A stretch of DNA of 64,000 bases from Marsupella aquatica (Eukaryota > Plantae > Marchantiophyta), in the NCBI GenBank assembly GCA_973895155.1, contig OZ316899.1, positions 7,071,241 to 7,135,240 of the forward strand. Reading direction: 5' to 3'. The first letter of the stretch is position 1. Each line of letters opens with the position of its first letter. Positions 1 to 13,304 of the stretch are shown piece by piece. The position numbers and the translations under genes were made by a program. The notes under the pieces were generated by a model that did not search any database, had not been told where the DNA came from, and saw nothing but the letters and a program-made list of their open reading frames with translations.

Positions 1-3000
1 GATGACCATAGAGCATTCCAGAAATTGTTCCATTCGAGGTCAGAAAAAGAAATGCTCCAAATCCCGTTGAGCCTGAGAGAATTAGAGCCTTTGGGTCGAA
101 TCAGCTGATACATACGTGCATTGGACAGGGTGAAGCTCTTCAGCCATTCATGTTTGTCAGACCAACACCATTGGGCGGCACGAGCTTGGAGATCTCCAAA
201 GCAATCCACAGTACCTTTGATTTTGTCCACGAATGCTAAACAAAGCTCTCTTGTTGCAGCGTCAGCACCACGTATTCTTGCAATTTTAGTAGAAAAGGTT
301 CGAACAACTGAGTCATGAGAACCATTTAAATCCGACATCGTCCTTACTCCAATCCTCCCGCACATCTTGATAATGGAGAAAATCATGTCATCCTGTAGGT
401 GCTGAAAACCTTCTAGGCATCTCACAACATCCTCCACGCTCCACCAGCATGCCATGCCAGAAACGCCCGGTGAGAGTATACGGTGCAGCCGAAGAGACTC
501 CCAAGCCTTCCACAAACTACCCGTGTAAAAGAGACAGCCAAAAGAACGAGGGTAATAGAGCAATAGTCAATCAGAGAGAGAGTATCTATTTCTCCTGATG
601 CGCTTAGCATTCCTCCATTTTGCCAATCTCAAATTTTCCCCAAAAAGCCTAGCCCATTCAAAGACTTGCGAATCCAGAGCACGGGTGAACCATTGATAGA
701 GTAAAGCATGAGAGTGACTACGAAAGTCCTTAAACCCAAGGCCACCGTCCACCATAGGCCGTGCCATCGTCTTCCACGCTACCAGGGGAATTTTCCGTCC
801 ACCATTCTCATTATATCCCCAAAGGAAGTTACGGCAGAGAGTCACCAAAGTCTTAGCCAAAGAGTTGGAGCTTCTGAGGAACATCATATGATAGATAGGA
901 ATAGCTTGCAATACATGCTTAACAAGAATAGTGCGTCCTGTGAAAGAAAGAAAACGGGTGGCCCAAGCAGAAAGTCGAGAACTAATCTTGTCAAGACAGA
1001 AGGTGTGGAGTTGCAAGGAAGAAAGGTCCCATCCCATAGGCGCACCAAGGTATCTTTGAATTTCCCCTTTCCCGCTGATCTTGCAACCAGTGTTAACCAG
1101 CCATTCCGGAATCTCCTCCAACGCAAGTGGAATGACAGTAGACTTACGTAAGTTGAGCCGAGCACCAGATGCAAGTTCGTAACAAGCAATTGCTTCCGTG
1201 ACCTTATTGAAATCTTCTTCAGATGCAGGAATGAACAATCCAAGATCATCTGCAAATAATCTGTAACAGATCATGAGGGCCTCAAAGATTTGAATACCTC
1301 TCAGTCGTCCATGCAGAATCTCCTGATCCAAATAGTCCATGAGAGGTTGAGTAGCAATCGCAAATAAAAGAGGAGATAACGGGCAACCTTGACGGACACC
1401 ACGGAGCAACTGGATTTCCTTCGAGAACATGCCATTCAAATGAACCTTGGAGCCCGCGCCAGTGAGTAAGGATCTCACTAAACTAATGTAGTGACTACCG
1501 AGTCCAAGCAAATGCATAGCTTCCCAGATGTAGGAGTGGCAGACTCTGTCGAAGGCCTTCTCAAAGTCCAACATAAGAAAAAGAGAGCTTTTCTTGTTAA
1601 CTCGTATCCAGTCGACAGTCAGCCAGGCAACCGAGATGTTTTCTAAAATGTGCCTGCTCGGAATGAATCCAGTTTGCTGAGGACTAATAAGCTTGTGTAT
1701 AAGTGGTTTAAGGCGTAAAGCCAAGATCTTAGCCACAACCTTGTAGATGGTATTGAGCATAGTAAGAGGGCGCCAGTCCTTCAAACATCTTTTATTGGGT
1801 TTCTTCGGGATCAATTTGATCACACCTTCCTTCATGTTAGCCGAAAATTTTCCTGTTCTCAAGAAATCCAGAATCATCTCATAAATGTCTTCTTTCATAA
1901 AGTGCCAACAAGATCTGTACACTTTGGCAGTGATACCATCAGGTCCCGGTGCTTTGTCAGCCGGAAGTAACCAAAGAGTAGAACGAATCTCCTCCATCGA
2001 TGGGGGGGATTCCAGTTGCCTAATTTCAGCTGCCGTAAGCGACTTACCAGTGTTAGCAAAGAGTTTGCGTCTAGCTTCTCTAACTTCAAACAAAGTACTA
2101 AAAGCCAAATCCTCCGGCGCCTCGTAAAGAGCACAATATTGTTTTTCTACTTCTTTCAGAATACTATCCTCTTGAGTTAATATGTCGCCATTATCAAGAA
2201 GTAGTATAGACATGTTTTCTCTGAGTCTTTTAGCCTTGACCGTAGCAAAGTAGAACTTAGATGGTGCGTCTCCCTGCCCCAGCCATTTGATCCGTGAGAG
2301 TCTCCTGCCCATTTGTGCCTCTTCATGTTCAGCTATTCTTACCTGATCGTCCACAGTAGCAAAATCAGCGATGTCTGATTCAGATAGTGAACTAATAAGG
2401 GCTACCTTAAGTGTTCGCAGACGATTCCTCAAGAGAGAGATTTCCACCTCTCGGGCAAGTGGTGCGGATTGTAATTCCTTGTATTTTTCCCGCAGCCTTA
2501 AACTAGCCAGATAAAAACAAAGGTGAGGATCCACCACCCGATCTTCTTGCACCTCCCATGCACCACAAAGTTTTTCCAAACAACCTTCAACTCTGAGCAG
2601 CCCCACATTGGCCTTGAAATAGGAGGACTAGTGTGAGGTCGTTCCCAACTCCACATTAGAAAGACGGAAGTGAAGAACGATAGGATCGTGATCCAAAAGT
2701 GCAGATCCTCCTTCGTGACAAAGTTCTACAACCGAATCTGTCCACCAGCTTTTTCCACTAAGGTAAAATCGGTCAAGTCTAGACTGCACCACAGACCCAT
2801 TAATTTTCCGTCGCCAAGTGAAGTTTGCGCCACGAAAGCTCCGAGTAACACCAATAGCGTCCTCCAAATCAAGTCTCATTTTAAAAAACCTCCAGAATTC
2901 TGCCTCCCTTCCTCTGATCAGTGGCGATGAACCAGACGAATCATTTCTGCTTTCAGTCATATTGAAATCCCCACAGATAATCCAGTTGTCGTGAGGAAGG

Positions 3001-3395
3001 GATATTTTGAGTTCATGCCACAGTAGAGCACGGTCTTGAGGGAGATTAGGTGCATACACACTTACTAGACCGAAGTTTCCCAAAGGGTGAGAAACACGCA
3101 CCCACACAGCGCGGCCTTTGTCTACTACTCCAGATTGAGTGATAGAAATAGAGGGGTGAATAAGTAACAAAGTACCCCCGCATTTGTCATCTGGCTCAGC
3201 AGATAAATATTGATAGGAAGGTAGAATCAACCGAAGCGCTAGACCTAGTCTAAAACTATCAGCTTTAACCTCTTGTAAAGCTAAGGCAGTCAATGTGGTC
3301 GTGAGCGAAATAATCCAAATTTTCACCACATGTTTCCTGTTCGATTCGCACAGACCACAGACATTCCATGAAGCTATATACAATTCATTATCCAT
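1..3395 (-). pseudogene. LINE-a ORF2, copy 1 (EN 2628..3395, RT 567..2606, C-terminus runs off the window)
   Basis: Same motifs as copy 2; in-frame TAG at 2628 and TGA at 567. Confidence 0.93.
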
Positions 3396-3522
3396 TTTAG
3401 TTTTCAAAATGTTCTTCCAACTCTCGTAAGAATCAGGAAACGAGAGAGGCCATCCCAACAGAAAATGCAGATCAGCAGATAAGCAGATCCTGAAGAAAGC
3501 CCAAAACAGATTCTCGAAGCAC

Positions 3523-6500
3523 TTATTTGGCATGGCGCCCCGGGGAAGTCGGGATGACCGAATTGGAGTTAGCAGCCGAGCGCGTCCGCATTAAAGAGTC
3601 CGAAGTAGGAGGTTCCCGAGCAGGGTAATGGAGAGAGCGTCCCTTCTTGTTGTCATCCTTTTTGTCCTTCTTCTTCTGGTCGGTAGGTGGAGTTCAAAGT
3701 TCTAGTTTTCTTGCTTGCTCCTTCTTTGACTGGCTCTTAGAAATATATTCCTCATATTCTGACATCTCTATATCAGATCCACCCCGCAGAGAAGCCTCCT
3801 CAACATCAGTGGCAGGTTGAATATCCATGTAATCTGTGTTTGAAGTTGGCTCCACTGCAAGAGAGGAAGGGCTCGGTACAACAACTAGGGAGTCCTGCTT
3901 GTCGATTTCTGCTGCTCCATGCTTCCTCAAAGCCTGCGAATCAGATATTCTCTCTATAGCAGGCCAATCCACTGCGCCAGGGATAACATCCTATGAACTA
4001 TGATCTTCAAAGAGAGCATTGTCTCTGAGAAGCGAAGCAAAATTTCCAGTGGAACAATCAGCCAGGGGAGTCGGAAGGATGGTGGTAGAAGGAGAAGATT
4101 CTTCAATCCCCACCGGAGTGCCAATACTGGGAGAACGCACTTTATCAATCAAAACAGCAGTCGGGGACAAAGTCTGATTTTGATTCAAAGGTGACCTGGG
4201 GCTAATAACACTATCCCCTCTAGAAAGGGCAATGATATTACCAATGTTAAGGGTATTTTGTAATATAGTACATTAGTTAGAAATAATAATAAAATTATAA
4301 ATTTTGAACTTTTTCTGAGTCAAAGGTGCAGTATAGCTACCTTTTGTAGCAATTTAGATCAACTGAACACTTTACCTAATGTCATGCTACACCGAAGACT
4401 ACTTCCTGTTCTGGATCTTGAACGACAGCGGAAGTCTTTACCTTTCATCGGCATCACACTCAAGACATGGATGTAATTCAAGAAGCTATGCAAGAGAATA
4501 CCTACACAAGAGTTCAGCAACCAGACCAGACAGCACTACTCCAACAAGATTAGTTCTCCCACGACAATAGTTAAGATCAGTCGATCTCTGCAATTTTAGT
4601 TAAATAGTTAAAGTAGTTAGAAAAGTCTCATACTTTTCCAGGAGATAGCCCTTATGTAGTAGAATCTCCCCTGAAAGTATCGACCAAAACCGACATATAG
4701 TTTAGAAGATATGACATTTTTAGTTTTGTAAAAAGCGTGAGTGCGCAAAGGTGCAACGGCGCTAGTGCTCCAAAGCGCAAAGGCGCAACGGCGTCTCCAA
4801 CACTTAGAAAAATTTCCGGAAAATGTATTTTTTTTATCCGACAGCACTTTTCACCGATTTTATTAAGGCACTTAGACACCTCAGAAAAGTCTAAAATTTT
4901 GTCAGCATGTAGCATGTATATAAATCTTCCACCTAGAAAAGTTTCACCCCATTTTGACTTCTATGTTAGAAATTAAAATTCCGATAAACTCATTATTTAT
5001 TAGTTTTACCACAAAAGTACAAAAACACTTTTACTCCAGTTTACACTAGGGATAACTTTTGGTTAGTTTTTCATTCCAGCAACATTCTAGTGAACCTTGA
5101 GTACTCCTGTAGCATATTTTCATATTTTTTACTTTAGTTTATGACCCTTAAGATATGAAAGGGCATGTCCTTTCATTATCTCTTTTCCCCTTTAGTTTCT
5201 GCTAGCCTATATGTAGTAGAGTTTTTGCCACTTTTTGTGTGAAGAAATTTCATGAGCGCTCAGTTGCAAGATTGCAACTTTGTTACCTCCATTTGTAGCA
5301 AGCACTCCATTGCATATGAGTACTTAATACAAAGGAATTCTTCCCCCTTCAAGTCTAAATGAATGAGAAGTTTGGACCCTTGAAGTAAAATTATTGTGAT
5401 TGTTAAATTTTTTGAGTATGTGGAAATAGATTCCTTGCTGGTAATGTTTCACATATTCCTTAGTTCTTGATGCATAGTTTTTGGCGTGACATTGCTTGTG
5501 CACGGGATGCAAAGATTGTTACTTATCAATTACTTATGGCTTCAAATTTGATTATGATGGTGTCTCTTATTTGTGACACAAAGTACCGATTGGATACAGA
5601 AGTGATTGATTACTAGTCTCCACTCAGTACCTTGGAAGGAAAAGTTGAGACATGTTGACGGCATTTTAGTAATCATCCTAGTATCGTAATCCTTTCCAGA
5701 AATGTTCTTGCGGATATACCACTTAAATCATATCAAATGAAGTTATGTTGAGGAGTCACCTTGGTTGTTTCCTAACTCCCTCACCATACCTCAGGATTTT
5801 TATTGTGTTTTATTAATTGTTTCCATTTTGTTAATTTTATTTTTAATGTCAAGCAGACATTTAAAACTATGCCTTGATGAGCAACCATAGTAAAAGGCTC
5901 AACCTTTGTGTTTTTGGTTACCTTATTCATTCATAAGTGCTAAATCATAGAAAATCATTCCTTACATGTTCTTCCATGGGAACGAATACCGAGTTTTGGA
6001 TCTTAAATGTTTATTTATGTCCCTAGTGTGATACTACATATTTCTCTCAACCGTAGGATCAAGAGGATCGACCCCTGGAGGGCTAGTAGCCGAAGATCCC
6101 CTAGGCGCGCCAGCACCAGCTGTCGCAAGGACCTCTTCCGGTGCCCGAGGAGAGGGACCCAAAGGGACCCCCCCAGACTCAACGTGAATAGAGTCAGAGG
6201 ACCAAGGAACCACCCTGTCAGAAGCATACGTCTCGTCCGCCTCATTGTGTGTCCTATCTGGTTCAGGTTCGTCGTTTTTAATCTCCTTTGTTTCAAAGGC
6301 TTTGCACTGTCTGGCTAAATGGCCCTGTTCATTGCATCTAAAACAATGGTAGGGAATGTTCTTGAACGTGACTGGCTGCCAGATAGTGATATCATCGGTG
6401 ATCTCGATTCCAACACTTTGAGGGATCTCGTGACACGTATCCCAAAGTATACATGCACGATCATGAGGAAACGAGCTTCGAACGTCTCCCTGGATATAAT

Positions 6501-7638
6501 AAAGGAGTTTCCCAGGGGATTCCGCAATTCTTTTCCGACAACCTTCAAGAACCAGAGCACAGAAAGGGATCTCAATCCAGACAGGTAATTTGGTGTAAGT
6601 TTCACTTCGCACATCAAAAGAAGGCTCCCACGGGAAAGTGTGGACAAATTTCCGATCCATGAAAAATGGGGCCAGCTCTAAAGTTGCATCTCTGTGTTCC
6701 GGGTGAACAAACAAAATCATGTAAAACTTCTTGCCCACAAATTTAATCTGCGAAACCGGCCAACCCATGTCGTTGATGAAGATGCCTTCAACCCAATCAC
6801 GAAAGACTGGAAGCAGAGGAGCGCGGTCAGTGAAGTAGCACATCATGGTGCAATTGTAGAGCTCCAAAACTGAAAGGGCCACCTCATCGAATGACCACTT
6901 GAAAGTAGTGTGGAGCTTATTCGGCCAATCTTCCCTGGAATTGTTCGAGATTGTCTTCAGAATATCCAAACATGCTTCTGAATTTTCCCCAAAAAAGTCG
7001 TTGTGTTCATGGATGGGAGCAAACGTGTTCGAGTGAGCCTGTTGACGGCTGGAAGTAGGTTCAACATTGTTTTCCAATCCCCTGTAATTCCTCGATATTC
7101 CAAGATCAAGATCTCTACGTTCACCCCAGCGCTCACATGAAGATTCAGGCTGCACAGGGTCATTCCGGCGATCTCCAGAGACAGGGTGAGGTCCCAAGTG
7201 AGGAGCAGCATCCGCACCCGGCGGGGAAGCAAGAGGTCTCTCCTCAACGACAACAACTTCTTGAAAATCTGCATCCATTTGATCAGCCCACGAAGGACCA
7301 TTTCTAGGAATGAATCGAGAAATCCTTGGAGGCTGTTCAGCTGGTGGTCTTCGGTCATGCTTTGCCGAGTTGTCAAAAAGGTCGTAGGGTGCATTCTTTG
7401 GTCCTCCGCGCGCATCCTGCATAGAGAATCTACTGGGCACATTTCCTCCTATACCCCTCCTGATTTCATCTCCATCACGTGTATTACCCCCCTCAGACAA
7501 GGGTGAGCCATCATTCCTCCAAGAAGTGCCATACCGATTCCTGCCAAATCCTCTTCCAGACGAAGCAGCACCGAGTCTACCAGGCCCTCGACCGGCATAT
7601 GCACGAGTATCCATTCCAGTGCGCCAATTGTAATCCAT
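3523..7638 (-). pseudogene. LINE-a ORF1 (plant L1 ORF1, DUF4283-like region plus CCHC zinc knuckle), split by a 1.8-kb insertion
   Basis: ORF 6034..7638 has LPVWIEIP and CFRCNEQGHLARQC. A low-complexity continuation resumes left of the insertion (3991..4188, 3694..3972) and ends at TAA 3523, with internal stops at 3991 and 3694. Confidence 0.85.
4245..6052. mobile_element. About 1.8-kb AT-rich non-coding insertion in LINE ORF1, probable solo LTR
   Basis: Abrupt AT-rich block with no long ORF. Begins TGTTAAGGGTATTTTGTAATAT; the reverse complement of 6031-6052 matches at 15/22. No clean TSD found, so the ends are uncertain by a few bp. Confidence 0.6.
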
Positions 7639-7959
7639 AGTTCAATGTTGCTTCAGAATAGGGAGCGCAAAGGATCCAAGGACCGTAACGAATGTATGTG
7701 TTGAGACTACCAAGACCAGAGACTCCGCTACAGCATCATCCTACCTCAAATGCTCAGAAGTTAGTCTGAATGCAATCTATCACAGCGAAAAAGGTGTCGA
7801 GAAAAAGCTCTGACGCTACTGGATCCAATGAGACCGACAACGTATTTACCAAAAATCTTAAACTTGTGTAAACCCGGAACGCAAATGTGAGATGCTCAAG
7901 CTCTCACCGCTCTCACCGCTCTTCTCCGCTCCTTCAGCTCTGTACTCAGCATCTTGTTC

Positions 7960-10155
7960 AGCAAGTGCAAGTTTGCGATGAACAAGATTAAGTTCCTCGG
8001 CCATACCTTTACCCCGAAGGGATTACGCCTAGTCAGGACAAACTTAAGGAGATCAAAGAATGGGAGCGCCCGTCCAATGTAAGGCAGGTTAGAGCCTTCT
8101 TAGGGTTTATGGGGTTCTATTGGAGATACATGAAAGACTATGCGAGGATCGCGAGGCCCCTAAACGAGCTAACGTTGAAAAACAAAGTGTTTGTGTGGAC
8201 ACAAGATTGTGAGTTAACATTCCTGGAACTTAAGCGGCTAATGATAACGCCGCTAGTTCTAAAGTTACCTGAGATGGGGAAGCCATTCGAGATTTGGATA
8301 GGCACAAGTGATTACACCATTGGCGCCTGTCTTCACCAAGATGGGCGTCCTGTGGCCTTTGAGTCATGTAAGTTGGAAAATCATTGGATCACACCGGAAA
8401 GGGAAATGTATGTTGTGATCTATGCGTTGAAGAAGTGGGAGATTTACCTTAAGAACGGTCCCAAAGTGGTAATTCACACAGATAGCTCGCCGGCAGGGTA
8501 TTTCAGTTCTAAGCCAAGACTGAACCCCAAGGAAATGCGCTGGCAGATGTTCTTGGCGGATTTTGATTTCAAAGTCCGCCATGTTCCAGGGAAGACAAAT
8601 ATGGCAGCGGACGCATTATTGCGTAAGGACCAACATTGTGTCAATGGGATCACGATGCTCGAATCCGAGTGGCCAAAGGTTCTGGCCGCGGCTTATGGGG
8701 ATGATAGGTTAGCTAAGGAATGGCAAAGCAATGGGGGTAGGCAAGGTAAGGCACGTATCGTTGGGGTTGGATACGACGCATAATGTTCAGTTATGGCGAT
8801 ACAGGCAGAGGCGTGTGGACGTACCAGAGTCTCTAAGGTTAGAGGTTATGCAAAAGTACCACAACTCGCCCTAGGGAGGGCATGGAGGACAAGCCGCTAC
8901 GTATCACAGCATGTCACGAGATGTGTATTGGCCGGACATGAAGCAATCGGTCCTTCAACACGTGCAAAGTTGTTACTCGTGCCAAAAGAACCAAACGGTC
9001 TATAGGGCAAAAGGAGGACTGCTACAACCCTTACCAGTAGCTGCGGCTCCATGGGAGTCTATCTCCATGGACTTCATTGTTGGGTTACCTGAGTCCCATG
9101 GCAGTAACTCCATATTAAAAATCGTGGATCATTTTTCCAAGATGGGGTATTTCTTGCCTACTACGAAGATGGTTTCGGCCCGAGAGGTTGCCGGTCTAGT
9201 GTTTGACAATGTCTTCCGACAATGGGGATTGCCATTGCATATCTTGTCCGATAGCGATACCAAGTTCACGGGCCATTTCTGGAAGGCATTATTCTGGTTA
9301 TTCAGAACGGACCTGACTAGGGGATCAGCATATCATCATGAGACAGATGGCCAAACAGAACGGGTTAATGTTATCGTGGAGGATTACTTGCGTCACTTTG
9401 TGACGGCCAATCAAAAGGATTGGGCAAAGCATTTAACAATGGCCGAGTTTAGGTATAACTCGACCAAGCATTCGCCGACGGGGTTTGCGCCGTTTGTGTT
9501 GGCCACAAGGAGGACGCCAAGGGCGCCCTCCTGGTTTATAGATCCGGAAGCTTGGCGGACAAAAAGCAAGGTTCCTTCTGCGGACAATTTTATTCAAGAG
9601 CGGCGCCTAGTTGTGGAAGCGGCCACCAAGGGTATGACCCTTGCCCAAAGTCGGTATAAGGAGCAAGGGGATAAACATCGATGCCAAGTAAGCTTTGAAA
9701 TTAGGGAGAGCGTCTGGTTGTAGTTGAGACTTGAGAAATACCACGGGAACATAAGTAGGAAGCTGGCTCCCAGATATGCAGGGCCCTATCGCATTATACG
9801 ATGGGCCCACAAGGATAATCCGGTTTTGGTGGTGTTGGAGACACCCAAGGAAATGGGCGTGGGCAAAAGCTACCATGTTAGCTGGCTCAAGAAATTTATC
9901 AAAGACAATGATCCCAACCGGGATCAAGTCTTGCGTCCGGACACGATGCTAGTAGAGGACGGTGAGGAGTTTGAGGTGGAGGCAATTCTGGACCACCGTT
10001 ACAAACACAAATTGGGAAGGCAAATCTTGGAATATTTGGTGAAGTGGGCTGGCTATGACCAGGCCGAGAGTACTTGGGAACCGGAAGAAAATTTGGGTAA
10101 TGCCTCAGAGATCCTTGGAAGCTATTGTAAGCAAAGCGGCCTACCGCCGTTGTGA
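7960..10155 (+). pseudogene. pol: pol 3' part, copy 1 (RH 8109..8783, INT 8911..9723, chromodomain in 9724..10155)
   Basis: Same motifs as 45233..47428. Confidence 0.93.
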
Positions 10156-10579
10156 ACTGGTACAGGCAGCTGTAGCTACCTTTGTGAGTTGTATCCTAGT
10201 TTCACTCCTCTCGGCCTCTTAAGGATAAAGTCGGATTGCGTTGGTCCTAGAGGTTGTTGGGTGGCCGATTTGCTTTTTGCGAGTGGAAGTTGATGGTGCC
10301 CACCCTACATCTGTGGGCGGGCTAGTTTGAACCAAAGGGGAGTGCCCCAAGGGGAGGACAATGGGTCCGACGAGTTTGGAGTTAGCTTACCCATTTGGAC
10401 TGGCATCCTACTTTGATAAGTGGGATAGGTTGGAAATTCCTAAGTCTGGAATGTGCATATCAACCTGGTTTGCATCAGCCTTATGGGCAAACCATTTGTT
10501 ACTTCATAAAAAATTTAAGGCCTAAAGTGGTCTAGGCGTGTTGGAACGTTTCCTGAGGTCACGCAGACGTGACCATTTT

Positions 10580-10588
10580 AAAGGGGGG
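10580..10588 (+). promoter_or_regulatory. Polypurine tract (copy 2 at 47853..47861)
   Basis: AAAGGGGGG immediately before the TG that starts the 3' LTR. Confidence 0.8.
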
Positions 10589-11942
10589 TGCAAGTCGCGG
10601 AACTCGACTACCTTAACACTTAGCTCCGGCATCGCTGACTCCGACGCCGAGCTCCCTTATGGTCCAGGCCCGGATAGGCCAGCCGGGGAGGACTTAGCAT
10701 GGGGAGGCTTGTGGGCAATGAGACGTGGCACTAGCGAGGCAAGGAGCCAAGCTGGGGACACACACTAAGGATTTGGACTAGCTGATAGCTGGTCGGGTCA
10801 AGGAGAAATGTGCCGAGCTCAAGGATGGCCATCCGAACCTCCGGATGGACTTTGAGTTTTGAGGGCTTGGGTGTGAGCTCCTCTTGGGCCCAAGGCCAAT
10901 GGAGTTGACGCCATGGGCAACGGACGCTTGGGGCGCAAGATATGGCTCGATCCGGGTTGGGCCGGTCGGGGGCCCTGAGTGGCGATGAGACCTGAGGGCC
11001 TAGGCATGAGCACTGGGTTGGCCCGATCACAACAGGCTAAGGCACTCCACTTGCGGATGCCTAACGAGAAAGTTATGGGCGTTGCCAGTTGGTGGCGCGC
11101 CCATTATGCGCGATAGGATCCGGGTTGGGGGCCAAATGTTTAGGGACCAAAGCTGGTCCGGGGGTGGCAGGTCTCCATAAGCATATATGAGGGGAGTGGT
11201 GTCTCCCTGGGGCTATGGGCAAGCCGAAGTCGTGAGCCACGGTGATCGCGACACTAAGAGAAACCGTCAAACGGAAATGGCGATATCTTCCCAATGGGAA
11301 GTCCGTTGGAGGACTTCTTGGGTGTGTTGGAAAGATCTTCAGGAGGGCTATGCCCTCCTGAGATCAGCTGGGTCTGGGGGTACCTTGGGGTCTTGGGGTT
11401 TGCGGGTGTTAACTCGCCTACTTGCCAAATCCTGCCGAACAGCAGCCAAGCCACGTTCAGTCTCCCAAGGGAACTTGCGTTGGGGAGGAAAGGCCAAGTA
11501 GGTGTGGAGGTTGAGGCCCAAGAGCGTTTGGCCCCTAGACCATCAGTGAGGTGAACCGGGAGTGGATTCTAGCGTCGGGGCCATTCTGGTCCCGGTGTGT
11601 TGGGACAAGCTTGGGACAAGCTTGGGACAAGCTTTAGGACAAGCTACGCTATTTGGGCCATGAGCATGTCCTGAGGTCAGGGCGGTTAGTTGGTGATGGA
11701 TAGGTACAAGGGGGAACCCGGCCGCGCCCAAGGAAGGAGTTGTTCTGAAAGAACAATGGGCGTGGGTTCTGGTTCCGGCTTATGGCATCGGGAGGACCTA
11801 TTGCTGACCTATTTACCAACGTCTATTGAGCTTGAGTTAGGATGCTAGACTTGGTGAGGTGGTGGTGTCAACACATCAGGCGTTCGGGCACCAAGGCGTG
11901 AGTGTTGGGATTGGTGAGGGCGCTGGGTGGCAAGGTCCACCA
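10589..11942 (+). repeat. 3' LTR of element A
   Basis: Starts TGCAAGTCGC after the PPT (same start as 25302) and ends GGTCCACCA as the 5' LTRs do; about 150 bp shorter near 11860. Confidence 0.88.
11600..11644 (+). repeat. 11-bp TTGGGACAAGC tandem repeat inside the LTR
   Basis: Three perfect units plus one variant here; two plus one near 33003; one plus one near 26301. Confidence 0.85.
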
Positions 11943-12129
11943 CTGATATGAGGGCCTAGGCATGAGCAGTGGGTCGGCCTAAGAACAATGGGCAAAGGCA
12001 CTTCACTTGCAAACGCCTAACTAGGAAGTTATGGGCGTTGCTAGTTGGTGGCGCCCAGATATGCGGGATATGGTCCAGGTTGAGGACCAAAAGTTTGGGG
12101 ACCAAAGGTGGCCCGGGGGTGGCAGGTCT
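11943..12129 (+). repeat. Relic of an older LTR of the same chromovirus family, left piece (copy 2: 49216..49402)
   Basis: Diverged match to LTR positions ~10990-11175; continues collinearly at 25224-25301. Confidence 0.8.
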
Positions 12130-12361
12130 TGTGGTGCGTCCCATGGCTCTCAAAACCCAAGAACCCGCCCTGAACAAGCCAATTCCCACCGGTTTTGCTC
12201 TTGCCAAGGCCATTTCCACGGCTTATCGGCATGGGACGCGGCTAAAACTCCTTTACTAACTTTTTACCCACATGTATTGGACAGATCCTTCATCGGGTCA
12301 TGAGATATGCAGTTGGTCTAATCTAGGCCTCTCCTTCCTCTCTTCCCTTGGTCTCCCCTTG

Positions 12362-12388
12362 GGTATGTTTGGATTCCGCCGCCGGAAT
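12362..12388 (-). promoter_or_regulatory. Conserved hairpin motif (A/G)TTCCGGCGGCGGAA(T/C)-N-AAAC(C)ATACC, putative U5 cis element (also 16253, 27795 and, on +, 31189)
   Basis: Present 170-250 bp from one terminus in X-outer, X-inner, Y and Z. The closing pair of the 6-bp stem is A-T in X and Z and G-C in Y. Confidence 0.6.
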
Positions 12389-13247
12389 GATGCCCAATCG
12401 ACTTGGGTAGCCGCTAAGATTCCTCTAAGCTCAACACATCAGGCTCTGCCTGCTCCTGATGACTTCATTTCCTTCTTTTCTCTCCTATAGTTGATGTGGG
12501 CAATCTTTGCACAAGTTGATGTGACACACAACTAGAAAGATGACTCATACTAAGTTATACCGTGCAACTGTCATACAAAGAGTACTTCTCATACACAAGA
12601 TCTGCAAACTAAGCCAGAAGGCCAACTCTATTAAGCTCTTAGGCATGAGAAAACATGAATACACACAAGAGTCACTACATAACTAACCAAGAGCTTCTCT
12701 GACTAATTGATCCCAGCCTTGTTGGTGCACTAAAAACTTGCTTAAGAAGAAGGCCCCAAAGTCCCCGTTGCACAGGTATTTATCCTGGCAGTGCACCTAC
12801 CTATTTCCTTGCCGCGTAAGCTAAATCTACCTCTAAGTGGAATCTACCTATGTATAGTGGGGCAAGAGCACAAGTGGTGCCCTTACCAGTGGATCCGCAA
12901 TCCCACTAATCTAAATGTTAGGGCCGCTTCTTGGCCCTAATCCTAATCCTAAATTTGGAGGTCAGCGCCCACTTTGCCCACTCACGTCTCCTACCTCCAC
13001 GTCCGCCCTCCCTAACAGGGATGACGCTCCTCCACCGTCATGACGCTGGTGGCTGGCCCTCAATGGACGCCCCCAATCCTTCCTCGACAGCCAATGTAGG
13101 CCTCTTGTTCTCTGACAGGTTACCCGCTCTTGACTGGGTCAACTTATCCTCGGCGTGATCGGGCCCCACTCCTATCTTGGCTTCTGCTTCTCCGGCTTCT
13201 ACTCCCCAAATTGTAACAGTGGTGAGTTTGCCCCTGCAGCTTCAACA

Positions 13248-13304
13248 GCAGTGGTCCTCCTCATAGGCAGTGGTCCTCCTCTTAGGCAGTGGTCCTCCTC
13301 ATAG
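13248..13304 (+). repeat. 3 x 19-bp tandem repeat GCAGTGGTCCTCCTC(A/T)TAG (copy 2: 50521..50577)
   Basis: Read directly from the sequence. Confidence 0.88.

Larger units (their letters stand above)
1..7959 (-). mobile_element. LINE-a, copy 1 (3' end lies left of the window)
   Basis: Near-identical to 37274..45232; right-hand TSD copy at 7960-7974. Confidence 0.95.
7960..11942 (+). mobile_element. Chromovirus A, 3' half, copy 1 (end of RT, RNase H, INT, chromodomain, PPT, 3' LTR)
   Basis: Duplicate of 45233..49215. Confidence 0.93.

Noticed and set aside
10538-12490. Many short overlapping ORFs in the chromovirus LTRs (also 25370-26969 and 32176-33653)
   Set aside because: GC-rich LTR sequence; the frames are not preserved between LTR copies and show no recognisable domains.
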